Assembly: GCA_963697165.1 (NCBI GenBank)
Contig: CAVOMX010000011.1
Span: forward strand, 64,001-128,000
DNA from: Candidatus Bathyarchaeota archaeon
GTDB lineage: Archaea; Thermoproteota; Bathyarchaeia; Bathyarchaeales; Bathyarchaeaceae
Length of the DNA stretch: 64,000 bases
Direction: 5' to 3'
The position numbers and the translations under genes were made by a program. A model generated the notes under the pieces. The model was not told the origin of the DNA. It searched no databases and worked only from the letters and a program-made list of their open reading frames with translations. Shown piece by piece: positions 8,879 through 20,358 of the stretch (the stretch's first letter is position 1; every line of letters starts with the position of its first letter).

Positions 8879-11135
8879 TTGCTAATATTCGCTTTTTCAT
8901 TCTTGCTTAGAGTAGCAGTCATCTTTCATAACCCTTATCCCCCAAGTTCAGACATTGGCTTTCACGGCAGCATCATAAACCTCATACTCGATCAAGGAGA
9001 ATTACCAAACTGGAACCCGTATCATATGGGAGGCGAACCACTCGCAACACCACCCGGATTCCACTTTTTCGTAACTACCATGATACTTCTCACTGGAATG
9101 GATCTGATACTTGCAGAACTAATCACAGCTGCATTCTACAGCTCAGTCATAGTATTTCCTGCATTTCTTGTATCAAAGAAAATATGGAATAACAACAGTG
9201 CAGGTTTACTTGCAGCATTTTTTACAACAATTTCAACTTTGAGTCTTGAGATGATAAGTTGGGGCGGATACACAAACATTGTGTCCCTCTTGCTAATCGT
9301 AATAATTTTTTATCTGTTCCTCAAAGATACAAACAAACCAAAACTTAGTCACTTGCTTATAGGTGCCCTTCTTTTTGGGAGTCTAATTATAACTCATACG
9401 TTTAGCTTGTTTGTAGTTTTTCCAATCTTAGGGTTCTACCTTGTTTTGTTGCTGATAGGAAAATGGAAGAAAATAGAAGACATACAAATAAAGAGTGTGT
9501 TGCGTTTTTTTGTGGTTTCTGTAGGTGCAGGTGTTGTAGCCGTGTCGCCATGGATACTTAGGGTCTTTAGTTTTTATGTTGGTGCATCATCTGAAGGGGC
9601 AGCAACTGGTGGACTTGATAACCGAAACATTATACTTGAGAACCGTGCGGTTGATAGTATAATTTTGCTGTTAGTGATTGTTGTTATTCCAGCATTGGTT
9701 ATGTTTAAAGTATCAAGAAAAAAAATGTTTGACATCCAAAGTCTTCTTTTGATTGCATGGTTTCTTGTTCCGGTAGTTATGACGCAGGCTTACCTGTTTG
9801 GAGTAATCATTGATTACTCAAGATTCATGTACTTTTTTGACTTCCCAGTAATCATAATAATCTCAGCAGGGCTACTCTACCTTTTCCGTTACACAGCGAT
9901 AGCTATCAAGAAAGCCCCAAGAATCAGATTGAACAGAATCAAAAAAACTCTCCCAATAACAGCATTAATTACAAGTATAATCATTTTCATCATCGTTTCG
10001 CCAGGGTCAATCTTTCCAGACGATGCCATGCAAAGAGGGAACTTCTACTCAACAATACAAGAACCTGAAGCCGCAACACTAGAATGGATCAGAAACAATA
10101 CTCCAGAAGACTCTGTTCTTGTAGCAGATCACTCCTATGGATGGTGGCTTGGAGGAATTGGTGAAAGAACAACCCTGAGCGCTGCAGACTTTGAATTTCT
10201 CATATATTCCCACGAGCTGGAGGTTGCCAGAGCAGCACAGCTTTTTTTTGACAAAAACGACTACTATTTTGATAATAGCTTAATTCAAGTTAGAGACAAC
10301 GAGGGAAACGTTTCGGGTAAAGGCATAGAAGTTAGCATAGAACTGTTGAGTGGAGAATCTTTCCCAATATTTAACATCCAAGAAGAGGAGATGGTTTTTG
10401 AGTATCTGATTTACACTCAGGGAAAAGAAATCAATAGAACCAGAACAGTTTCAGAAATGGAAAGGGTTGGAACACCTACCATAATTAAAGAGGAAAACTC
10501 CTTTGTAACATTGATGGTACAATACCAAGATGAATTGTTCACGGTTAATAGAACATTGACAGTAAAACGAGGAGAAAGATTCGCTGAACTGTCATATGAC
10601 ATAGGGGTCAAAAATTTTCAAACTAACCTGTACCACATTTGGTTTCCAATAAATGTTAGAGAAGGTATCATGACCCGAGATGAGCTAGGTTTTCGCCAGG
10701 TTGGATTTTACTCTTGGTTTGGATTTTACTACTACCGGAATCAATTGTTTGGACAGGTAATCTTCCAAGAAGACCTCCCTGGACAGATTGATCACATAGA
10801 AAAGGAACCAAAAAGGGTCCGGATGCTGTTTAGATACCCAGGAAATAGAACTGTAAACATCAAAATGTTGATTGGGGTGTTTGACGCCCACGATCTAAGC
10901 TGGTCAGACGAGAGAAATAGTAGAAGACAAATATCTTGAATTTCTAGCAGCGCCCCAAGAAACAGAAACCACAGACTCATTGTTTATATGGGATTACACA
11001 GAAATGATCGAAAAATACAAAGTTTCATTTGTAGTTTGCAGAGACCAAGAAGTCTATTTGAAGTTCTCTGAAGATCCCAACTTTCGGCTATTATTCAACA
11101 GCGGAAACGTCGCCATTTTTCAAGTAGTAAAATGA
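8879..11135 (+). CDS. STT3/GT-C-like multi-pass membrane glycosyltransferase, paralog 1 (frameshifted near 10920-10990)
   Basis: PPSSDIGFH, EMISWGGYTN, LEWIRNNTPEDSVLVADHSYGWW; the C-terminus WDYTEMIEKYKVSFVVCRD...NSGNVAIFQVVK continues in another frame to TGA 11133-11135. Confidence 0.75.
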
Positions 11136-11437
11136 CCTATTTCTATTAGGTTCAAAAGGAATCTGGAAGACCAAAAATCATCTATTCTATCCTAAGTAAA
11201 ATTAACCGCCAACTGTCCCACTTGCTTCTAGAAGACTAGCGAAGATAATACATCTCAAATTAAACTGCCGTAAAACCTTCTGCAAATATGAGAAAAGCGG
11301 ATACTAGAAAAAGATAAAGAGCATTCAATGACAACTAAAACAGCATCCAAAAGATCTCAGTATCTGAGGAAGTAAAAATAAAATATATTACTTCCCAGAA
11401 TAATCTGGTCTCATCCAATTCAAAGTAAAATCAACCA

Positions 11438-11752
11438 TTGAATCCAGAAAGGTGTAGGCGTATGATTGAAAATGAATTCAATATTCTACCAGGAGGTTGG
11501 CGCAACAAGGATGAGCCTATTATTCTTTGGGAGACTTTGGAAATACATAGTGCGTGTATAGTTATTCAGACTTTGAATAAGGCATACTATACGAAGTCTT
11601 ATCAGAGAATGCCTTTCGAGGTCTTTGTTGAGATTACCAGCAAAGGATCTATAGATAATCTTTTTACAAAGATAATTTCTTTAGAGGAGTCAATCAAAGA
11701 ACGAGTATGGTATGTTGGTGGCTTCTATAAGGCGGAGATCGAATATTCATGA
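11438..11752 (+). CDS. Hypothetical protein
   Basis: 104-codon ORF directly upstream of the GT4 gene; no recognised motif. Confidence 0.5.
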   Translation: MNPERCRRMIENEFNILPGGWRNKDEPIILWETLEIHSACIVIQTLNKAYYTKSYQRMPFEVFVEITSKGSIDNLFTKIISLEESIKERVWYVGGFYKAEIEYS

Positions 11753-11786
11753 GCGATACTATTGTCCCTGTTTACGCGGAATATAA

Positions 11787-12926
11787 TTGGGCTTCAAGGA
11801 TTGGATGTATAGTGGTGTGCAAAACCTGAAAATAGCTTTTCTGACCGAGTTTTTCCACCCCCACGTAGGCGGATGTGAGCGAAGGTATTTGGAAATTGGG
11901 AGTAGACTAGCGACCAAGGGCCATGAAATAGATGTGTTTACCATTAAATATGATCAAAATTTGCCTAAAGAAGAACAAGTAAACGGAATATCTGTACACC
12001 GATATGCTTATTCTCGGAACTACGTTTCACCTAATGGCTTTCGTTCTTTTGGGGGTATTGCAAAATATTCAGCAGCCACTTTCATGCGATTACTAGGCTC
12101 AGATTACGATCTTTATTACTGTAACCAGTGGCCAATGCTTCACTCTGTATTTGCAAAACCTGTAGCTACTCCTCTAATTCAGGAGTGGTGTGAAGTTTGG
12201 ACTAATTTTATAAAAGTAATTTTGATGCAGAGACTACTAAAGAAGGTTGGCGACTACCATGTTGCTGTTTCAGAATTTACGAGACAAAGACTATTGAATC
12301 TTCTGAAGATTAGCCCCTCAAAAGTTGCCTTGATTCCCAATGGGGTCGACTTCGCAAAGTTTAGCAGTTCACATACCAAGGTATGGGGGCGGATCGTCTA
12401 CGCCGGCCGTATCGAGTCTCATAAACATGTAGATTTGTTAGTTGAGGCTTTTCGTAAAGTTAAAAATAAAATACCTGCCACAGAGTTACATATTATAGGT
12501 TCTGGTACAAAACTTCAGTCAATCAGGGACAGGGCTGCGGGTATCAAGGATTGTTTTGTTCATGGCTTTATGCCCGAAGATGAGATGGTTGATTTATTGA
12601 AAAGTGCTTGGCTTTTTGTTTTGCCAAGCGAGAGAGAAGGTTCAGGTATTGTGGTCCTGGAGGCAATGGCGGCGGGTGTACCCTTTGTTACTATAGACCA
12701 TCCAGATAACGCCACAAAGGAATTTTGCAATTTCAAATGCGGTCTAGTGGTAGAACCGCGAGAAATTTCAATTGCTGCAGCTATTACTCAGCTTTTTAAT
12801 AATGAGGAGCTATGGAAAGAACTGAGCTTAAACGCTTTGAACTTTGCTAAAAAATACGACTGGGATATAATCACAAATTATGTTGAAGACTTTTTTGGAC
12901 GGGTAGTCAAGAATGCTGGCAAATAG
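11787..12926 (+). CDS. Glycosyltransferase family 4
   Basis: GGCERR, IPNGVD, AGRIESHKHVD, REGSGIVVLEAMA. Confidence 0.95.
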   Translation: MGFKDWMYSGVQNLKIAFLTEFFHPHVGGCERRYLEIGSRLATKGHEIDVFTIKYDQNLPKEEQVNGISVHRYAYSRNYVSPNGFRSFGGIAKYSAATFMRLLGSDYDLYYCNQWPMLHSVFAKPVATPLIQEWCEVWTNFIKVILMQRLLKKVGDYHVAVSEFTRQRLLNLLKISPSKVALIPNGVDFAKFSSSHTKVWGRIVYAGRIESHKHVDLLVEAFRKVKNKIPATELHIIGSGTKLQSIRDRAAGIKDCFVHGFMPEDEMVDLLKSAWLFVLPSEREGSGIVVLEAMAAGVPFVTIDHPDNATKEFCNFKCGLVVEPREISIAAAITQLFNNEELWKELSLNALNFAKKYDWDIITNYVEDFFGRVVKNAGK

Positions 12927-15171
12927 GCGTTTGTCTTCATATCTTCCTTTGTTTCTAATTCTACTGCTAGTAATCATTTCTTTCGTTTATTATTTTGTTG
13001 GGTTAAGCAATTTCAAGGCTCCGCCTGGTTCTGATTATGGGAATTATCTTACTCAAGTAGAGATTTTGCGTGGAAACGACTTAAGAGGATGGGGTCTTCG
13101 GCATAACCCAATTTTTTTTATCATACTTGATATTTTTCTTAGAATATTTGAAGAGTTTGATGCATTGAAAATTGTAGCCTCTTTGGTCTTTTCATTATTG
13201 GCTATTCCATTTTTTCTTTTTGCAAAAAAACTCTCGGGTAGTCGTCTTGCTGCTGTGATTTGTACATGGCTTTTTGTTTTCTTCATAAGTAATTCTGAGA
13301 TGATTTCGTGGGGAGGAAACCCCAACTTTCTAGGTTTTTCTTTTATGTTACTCACTTTATTCTTTTTTACCGATTTAATGGATGAACCTTCTAAAAAGAA
13401 CCTACTACTTTCAGGTTTCTTCTTGAGCTTAGTTATAGGCACACACATTCTTGTTGCAATTTACTTGTTGTTTTCGTTTTTGATCTTCTTTATAGCGACA
13501 ACGTTGGCGAATAGAGGAATTAACAAAATCCGAGTCAAAAATATATTTCTAATGACTTTAGTTACCGTGGTATTTTGCATACCCTACTTTTCTTTTTACA
13601 TTAATTTTCTTAGGAATTCTTCAAATGAGATGGCGCAAAATACTCTTTTTCAAATACAGATACCGCAAATTTCCTTTGGTAGCATATGGGGATTGGTGGA
13701 ATACTGGGAATTCTTTGTTGTAGCAATTGTATTTGTTCTAGGCATCTTTGCGCTATCTAAATACGTTAAGGAGGAGAATAAAAATAATGGACTGCTTCTC
13801 TGCAGTCTTTCCCTGTCGCCACTTCTTCTAGCTTTGGTTACTGAACACCTTTTCCGATGGCTCTATTTTCTGCCCATCCCCCTGATTTTGTGTTTCGGTA
13901 TTTACTTAAGAGACCTGTTTTTCGATGTAGTCTGGCTTTTTGACAATATCAAAGAAAACATCATTATACATGCTTACAAGAGTGTTAAAAATTCAAGGAA
14001 GACCATTTACCTTCTTGTTATTTGTTTTATATCAATAATCGGTTTCTATTCAACAGTAATGACGTTTAGATATTTTTATCCGAACAATAGATCAGTAATA
14101 GCAGCACCACTAAGTTACCAGTTCATAGAGAATGATGAAATCGAAGCATTCAAATGGATCAAAGAGAACACTGCCCCGAATGCCACAATAGCAACCTCTG
14201 GACATCCAAATGGGAATATAGGTGGCGGAGGCAATTCATACGGCTGGTGGATCGAAGGATATTGCAAGCGAGTATGTGTATTTTCAGGAGATCTCAACTA
14301 CTTCTCGTACAAACTTGAGCGAGACGAAATCCGAATCGCCAATCGCATTTTCGCAGGAACTTATTCTGCTGAATACGAGAATCTTAGAGTAACCGAGTCT
14401 TATCCTTCAAGCACCACAAACCCAAAGATCGCTGCCTTTATTGATAACGATTATCAAGACATGTCTTACCTTAAACGATGCCCAACATCAATTGTTTTTC
14501 TCTCCAAACGAAAACCATCTGAAAATAGGATTGCTCCATTCTACTCTGAAAATAGGACTTCAAGCATCGAATATGGCGATACATGGGCAAACCTTACTTT
14601 TACCTACGAGCAACCTTATTTTGAACTCATTCGAAGTATAATCATTGGAGAAGAGAAGTCATCGGTGGATGTCGTCTTTCAAATACTGCCCAAAAACTCT
14701 ACGCTGAGGTTGTTCAAGGTTAATCTATGGTGCATTGTTCGACACATCACTGGAAGATTGTGAGCCAATAGAAGATTATGGATTTTCCCTTTCTCAAACA
14801 CCACCCAATGAAGATGCACAAACTCAAATCACATTACAAGAAACCAACGGAAACGTTGACGAGTGCCAAAGTCCTGTTCGAAAACCCAAAAGGCTCCATG
14901 CCAGTTATATCTTACTCCTTCGAACCATTGCAAGACAGTCTTTATGTTCGTATTAGGATATTAATAGAATCCCCCACCGAGGATACCGATGACACTCAGG
15001 AATTTCAACTTTTACGATTCATATGACTTGATCAAAGATCTGACACATTGATTATATCCTCCTAAACAGGTATCGAGTGAACGAATTTCAGAGGTTTCTT
15101 TATGACTCTGAACACTTTACCTTTTTGAAGAGTTTCAAAACGAAAGCATAGTTATATTCAAAGTTAATTAG
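12913..15171 (+). CDS. STT3/GT-C-like membrane glycosyltransferase, paralog 2 (several frameshifts after about 14465)
   Basis: PPGSDYGNY, EMISWGGNPN, FKWIKENTAPNATI...SYGWW; overlapping frames continue to IDYILLNRYRVNEFQRF...FQNESIVIFKVN, TAG 15169-15171. Confidence 0.7.
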
Positions 15172-15217
15172 GTTGAATTCAAAAATTAGAAGAAAAGGCA
15201 TTTATTCGCTGTTTCGT

Positions 15218-15804
15218 TTACAATGGTACATTGGGAAGATAGCTAACGTAGATTTCAAAATAGTTAATATTCCTGTTAGTTGTGGCAAACACCATATTAA
15301 TGGAGACGGTTTCTCCGCTTTTCAGACTCAACTCGTAACAGCCCCGAAATGGATTACCGCGATGAAGCGTCCCCACAATGTCTCCTTCTTCATCATACAT
15401 GTATACATCTATCCCGACGAGACAATCGCTAATGCCTTCTTGTCGAGAATTGAATAATTTCCTCTACGGTGTAATCATTCCTGACTGTTGCGTTTATTAC
15501 AATTGCAGGAACACCCATGTAAGCCTCATAGCCGCTATCGGACGTAAAGCTTACGTTGGAATAATCGTAAGTTAGAGTGGCTGATTCAAGAAAGATTTTG
15601 GTTATTTTATAACTGTTGTTTGGAAAGTATGGTGGCCTAGATAAATAGTGTGGACCAATTGTCATAGTATCAGATGCTGAAAAATCAGATAGTGCGTCTG
15701 ATTCCTTGAGATGACAATCGGTGTTTGTTAGCATAAAGAACAAACAGTATACTGACTCCTACAATAATGACTGCGATTGACGAAATCCAGATGCGTCTTC
15801 CCAA
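15218..15804 (-). pseudogene. Secreted/membrane-anchored protein split by frameshifts (pseudogene or assembly error)
   Basis: TTG 15804 opens MGRRIWISSIAVIIVGVSILFVLYA; continues in ORFs 15429-15743 and 15218-15400. Confidence 0.55.
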
Positions 15805-15879
15805 CTCACTCAAGCTCTCGACTGTATTATAGGGTTAACTATAATTAAACTTTTAAAGCCGAGATAGGATATTATTTGT

Positions 15880-15988
15880 TGTTTTCCTTTTGTCGTGGAG
15901 AGAGTTGCTACCTGAAGTTCTCGGAATACCCAAACTTCAGATTCGTATTCAACAGCGGAAACGTCGCAGTTTTCCAATAGTAAAATAA
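15880..15988 (+). pseudogene. Degenerate copy of the 3' end of GT-C paralog 1
   Basis: Translates YLKFSEYPNFRFVFNSGNVAVFQ versus YLKFSEDPNFRLLFNSGNVAIFQ near 11055-11125; exact 22-nt match 15946-15967 = 11092-11113. Confidence 0.8.
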
Positions 15989-16175
15989 AACGGTTCTATC
16001 AATGACAGCTTTTCGCGTTCACATGCACAATCGTTTCAACCATATCATCTAATTCGTTGACAGTTACATGTCTTATTGAATCCAGCACCTTAATTCACCC
16101 CGCCTAAACGATCAATGATGGTTGGGCACAATTTAGTTCCATTGATTAGAACAGACTGTTCTAGTTACTGAACAT

Positions 16176-16388
16176 TCACTGCGTCTGAATTCTTTTACGG
16201 TTTTTTGATAATCTGAAAAGAATACTGGAAACCAGCCTCTTTCGTTTGAGGTTTATTTCCAGAGTCCCAGTTTCCATGCAATCCAAACAGATGTTAAACT
16301 CGCAGGCCAAACCGTCATGAAAAACAAACTTGCAGGGATACACTGCAACAACCGAATCGCCGCAACAATCACAGAACATGTGCTTCAT
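16176..16388 (-). CDS. Small putative zinc-binding protein
   Basis: MKHMFCDCCG...NICLDC (two CxxC pairs) and a basic tail. Confidence 0.55.
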   Translation of the reverse strand: MKHMFCDCCGDSVVAVYPCKFVFHDGLACEFNICLDCMETGTLEINLKRKRLVSSILFRLSKNRKRIQTQ

Positions 16389-16663
16389 GACTTCAACCTT
16401 AAGAGGCAAGAGATGACACAACTTAAAAGGAAAGTTTCTTGAGCAAAAATGCTAGTAAAACGGATGTATTTACGAATTAGATATAATACAGTATAGAAAC
16501 AAAGCCAGACCAAAAAGGAGCAAATAATAATTCTCACCCAAAAGAAGAACAAAAAACAACATACACTAGAAGATGCCGCTAATCCACGTGAAACTGATAT
16601 TTTAATTAAGGCAATCTCTGTAACAATGTACTTCTGGCGCCCAATAACATTGGAGGACTATTA

Positions 16664-18964
16664 GTGCGAAGATTAAAACTATCAACTATTGAACTGATTT
16701 TCATACTAATTTCCGTATCCATGTTATGTTCTATCACATTTTACCAAATGTCCACAGCAGGAATACTACCAGGCAACGACCCTGGAGTACACCTTGGAAA
16801 ATCACAAAAAATCGTAATCGACCAAAGAGTCACATACAGTGCAGTCCCATGGTATCCCCCCCTATTTCACACAATACTCGCAATGCTCCAAATATTAGCA
16901 GGAACCCTAGACGTCATAACAGCTGCATTTATATTAAAAATGCTAATCGCAACACTCAACATCCTAATCCTATTATCCACCTACCTGCTGTGCCGAAAAT
17001 TATTCGGAACAGGCGTCGCAGTTGCAGCATCCGTCTTTACGATTTTGTCAGTTCCACTTTCTGAAATGATCTTCTGGGGAGGCTATGCAAACTTTCTGGG
17101 TTTAGCATACATAGCATTCATTTTTTATATAATGAACAAAGACATACAAGTTTACCTTAAAATGGGACTCCTATTTGTTGGATCATTCACCATCGTATTG
17201 ACACATCAACTTGCCACCTTCGTCTTCATTCTAATGTTCATTCCTGCTTTTCTAGTCAACAGAACAAGCGGCAAAAAAAGAAAAAACCTAGCATTACTCG
17301 GAGTTGTTATTGGCGGAGGCTTAGCACTGCTGGCATGGTACGCAAGGCTGTTAATCGAGTATTCCAGCATGATTATTGAGCATCTCTTTTTTGCAATGCA
17401 AGAGAACGTTTACAACATACCCGAAGTATGGTTTGACGCATTAATCAGAAACAATTTTGGGGAATCACTATTTTTGGCGTTAGCAGGCATTCCCTTGACC
17501 TTCATCTTACTAAAGAAAAAGAGAATGTGGGAGGCATTAGTATTAATTTTTTCGTGGATTGCCATTCCCTTTCTTTTGTCTCAGTCATACCTTTTTGAGC
17601 TGTACTTACCATACATTCGTTTCGTCTACTTTTTTGCCACACCAATAGCCATTCTCGCAGGAGTATTCACCTACAGTCTCACAAAGATACCCGAATTCGT
17701 CGAGAAGAAAATCGCCTCAAACAACAGAATAAAACAAACAATCATGAAGGCTACCAAAGTTTTCACTCTGACAATAATAATTGCGTTATTCATCATACAA
17801 GGCGCCTTCTTTCTACAAAGAACCGAAACATATCCACAATTCTATGAAAGAGGGTCAATCTCAAGCTACAGTTCGGGTCTTTGGATAAAAGAACATTCAC
17901 CATCAGAAGGAACAATTGTTACAGCAAGAAGCCCGGGGTCATTGTTCTCCATCTTTTCGGGTCATCAAACAATTGAAGAAACAAACCCTTATTATTCCAG
18001 AACCGCAGTTGCCGAATCAGTATTGTATAGCTTCTATGAGATAGAAAACAGTCGCACGCTCATTCGAGAGTATGCGCATGCAACCCCAAACGCAGGACAG
18101 GAAATTTATGTCCCAATTCATAACATTTGGAAGAGAGGCATCAGCATAACTAACCAAAATGCAAGCCTGATTTATATTGATCCGCTAGGCAAGTGGGTTA
18201 CAATTCCGCTATCCGAAACAGAGGAATCGATTCACTGGGTTATGAGAACCCCTGATGAGGCACAGCTGGTTTCAGAATATATTCACGATATTTTCACCGT
18301 CGAGAAGATTGTTACGTTTTCGAGCAACAGTTCAGTAATTGATGTTAGTTGGGTTATTGAGGCTCACAAAAACTTAGCAGACGTCAAACTGACAGTTAGC
18401 AATGATATGGATCCATCTTTAGATTTTAAGGAAGCCATTGTTCCAGGAGTTCTTGAATGGCAGAATCCTTGGGACAACTCCACATACGTTCACGAGAACG
18501 GTCTTTGGACTGTTATAGAGGGTTCTTTCGATATGGTAGACGGAAATGTTGTAGCGATACTTGATCCAAAAAATGATGTGTTAGCGGTTTTCGAATTCCT
18601 TGACAGACCAGATTGGCTTATCCTTGGCGCCCTAGAAAACCGGTTCATAGACGTTTTGAGGCTCCGATACGAATTAGGCAATTTGAATGCAAACGAAAAA
18701 AAGGAAATCTCATGTTCAATACTTCTTTGCACCTCAGACTTCCAAGACATCAAACAGTGGGCAGCATCGGATTTGCAGCAACAATATGATTCAACAACAA
18801 AACTAAAGATCGAAGAAAGAGACTATGCCACATACATTGAAGAGTATGACATCAAGTTTGTGGTCTTTGACACAAAACAGGTTCTTACAGACAAAGTGGC
18901 ATCTCCTGACCTAGACAGAATTTACGACAACAACAGAACCACAATATACACCACAAAAAGATAG
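16664..18964 (+). CDS. STT3/GT-C-like membrane glycosyltransferase, paralog 3 (intact)
   Basis: GGAGG RBS plus GTG; PGNDPGVH, WYPPLFH, EMIFWGGYAN, LWIKEHSP; about a dozen TM helices, then a soluble domain ending IEEYDIKFVVFD. Confidence 0.8.
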   Translation: MRRLKLSTIELIFILISVSMLCSITFYQMSTAGILPGNDPGVHLGKSQKIVIDQRVTYSAVPWYPPLFHTILAMLQILAGTLDVITAAFILKMLIATLNILILLSTYLLCRKLFGTGVAVAASVFTILSVPLSEMIFWGGYANFLGLAYIAFIFYIMNKDIQVYLKMGLLFVGSFTIVLTHQLATFVFILMFIPAFLVNRTSGKKRKNLALLGVVIGGGLALLAWYARLLIEYSSMIIEHLFFAMQENVYNIPEVWFDALIRNNFGESLFLALAGIPLTFILLKKKRMWEALVLIFSWIAIPFLLSQSYLFELYLPYIRFVYFFATPIAILAGVFTYSLTKIPEFVEKKIASNNRIKQTIMKATKVFTLTIIIALFIIQGAFFLQRTETYPQFYERGSISSYSSGLWIKEHSPSEGTIVTARSPGSLFSIFSGHQTIEETNPYYSRTAVAESVLYSFYEIENSRTLIREYAHATPNAGQEIYVPIHNIWKRGISITNQNASLIYIDPLGKWVTIPLSETEESIHWVMRTPDEAQLVSEYIHDIFTVEKIVTFSSNSSVIDVSWVIEAHKNLADVKLTVSNDMDPSLDFKEAIVPGVLEWQNPWDNSTYVHENGLWTVIEGSFDMVDGNVVAILDPKNDVLAVFEFLDRPDWLILGALENRFIDVLRLRYELGNLNANEKKEISCSILLCTSDFQDIKQWAASDLQQQYDSTTKLKIEERDYATYIEEYDIKFVVFDTKQVLTDKVASPDLDRIYDNNRTTIYTTKR

Positions 18965-18984
18965 TTGCCTTTACGTTGCAGACT

Positions 18985-20067
18985 TTACCTTTCACGTAGA
19001 CTTTTTGGAATATACGCGCATGAAGGATCAGACTCGAAGATATCACCAGTGTACATTTCTGCTCTGGTTCGGCATCCACCGCAAACGTCATTGTATTCGC
19101 ATACGCCACATTTGCCCTTCAAGTTTTTACGGTCTCTAAGCTGTATTGCAAGCTCTGATTTTTGCAGTTCGCCCCAGGTTTGCTTCAACGATTTATTCTG
19201 GATGTTTCCCAGTCGGATACGGTCATTGAAGCTGCATGGAATAATGTCTCCGTTTTCGATTACGCTCATGTATTTGCCTGCGATTGCGCATTTGCCAAGG
19301 AAGAAGTTCTTGAACCAATCATCAAAGTTTGGGATTCCCCGCTGTTTAGCAACCCGCGCATAGAATGGACAATAAACGTTGACTTCAGGTTTCCCTTTAT
19401 ACTTCATGCTCAAATCGTAGACGTCGTTCCAGATTCTTTCGTACTGCTGTGGCGAGGGGTTCTTGGCGAGGTGCTCTTTTGTGTTGTTGAATGGAACGAA
19501 TCCGTGAATCACAACCCACCGTGCGCCATTTGCTTCAGCCAATTTGATGATGTGCTCCATATCTTCGGCGTTGACGTTATTACGGTCTTGGTCGACGTTA
19601 GCAAGGGTTGCAACAAGACAGTCCAGCAGTCCCGCTTTGGAGCTCTTCTCTATTGCCGAAACGGCTTTTTCGTATGCACCTTTTCCGCGTATGGCATCGT
19701 TGATTTCTTCGGCTCCATCAATACTTACTGAGATTCTAACCCCATTTCGGACTAGGACGTCGAAGATTTTGTCGTCAAGAAAATAGCCACTGGTTATTAG
19801 GCTCACATTCAAGCCTACTTTTTTGGCGTACTCAATTATTTCGGGGAGATCCTTTCGTTGAAGAGGTTCTCCGCCGCTTATTCCAAGAAAGGTTGCCCCA
19901 AAATCATAGATTTCATCTATTATATGCTTGGTTTCTTTGGTTCCAAGCGCGTCAGAGGCTACGGGAGTTGATGCAAAACCGCAGTGCAAACAGTTGCTGG
20001 TGCAGGCTTGTGTACATCTCCAAGGCAAAATAAACAGGGGTCCAGTTTGTCTCACAATACTCACCAT
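18985..20067 (-). CDS. Radical SAM protein with SPASM domain (NirJ/Ahb/PqqE-like)
   Basis: CTSNCLHC, SGGEPL, SIDG; SPASM C...GDIIPC...CGVCEYNDVCGGCR...DPSC. Confidence 0.92.
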   Translation of the reverse strand: MVSIVRQTGPLFILPWRCTQACTSNCLHCGFASTPVASDALGTKETKHIIDEIYDFGATFLGISGGEPLQRKDLPEIIEYAKKVGLNVSLITSGYFLDDKIFDVLVRNGVRISVSIDGAEEINDAIRGKGAYEKAVSAIEKSSKAGLLDCLVATLANVDQDRNNVNAEDMEHIIKLAEANGARWVVIHGFVPFNNTKEHLAKNPSPQQYERIWNDVYDLSMKYKGKPEVNVYCPFYARVAKQRGIPNFDDWFKNFFLGKCAIAGKYMSVIENGDIIPCSFNDRIRLGNIQNKSLKQTWGELQKSELAIQLRDRKNLKGKCGVCEYNDVCGGCRTRAEMYTGDIFESDPSCAYIPKSLRER

Positions 20068-20358
20068 ACGCAGACGTTAAGAGTTTAATGATGAAATAAA
20101 AACGTATTTCCTAAAAATAACTTTGCTCAATTTTGGGAAAGACAACTAAATCAACGGCATCTGGGTTTTCCAAGAAAATCATCTAAAAAGCAAACAATCC
20201 AGATTGAACAGTTCGGGTTAAATTTTAGGCCCCAAACCCAAACATTTACGTTTACTTTTACATTCTCTCTTACTCTTACTCACTCACATAGAAAACACGC
20301 TACACGCACGGACATGCGCTTACGTGTGTATGCATTACTGACAGGTCATGTGTTCCTT

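Noticed and set aside
18985..20067. Radical SAM/SPASM as a RiPP or PQQ biosynthesis system
   Set aside because: There is no adjacent precursor peptide, PqqD/RRE or other pqq gene, and PQQ-like repeats do not imply PQQ use.
20296..20335. ACACGCACGGA-type purine/pyrimidine motif, also seen near 53482 and 53854
   Set aside because: Short and low-complexity, with no consistent structure.
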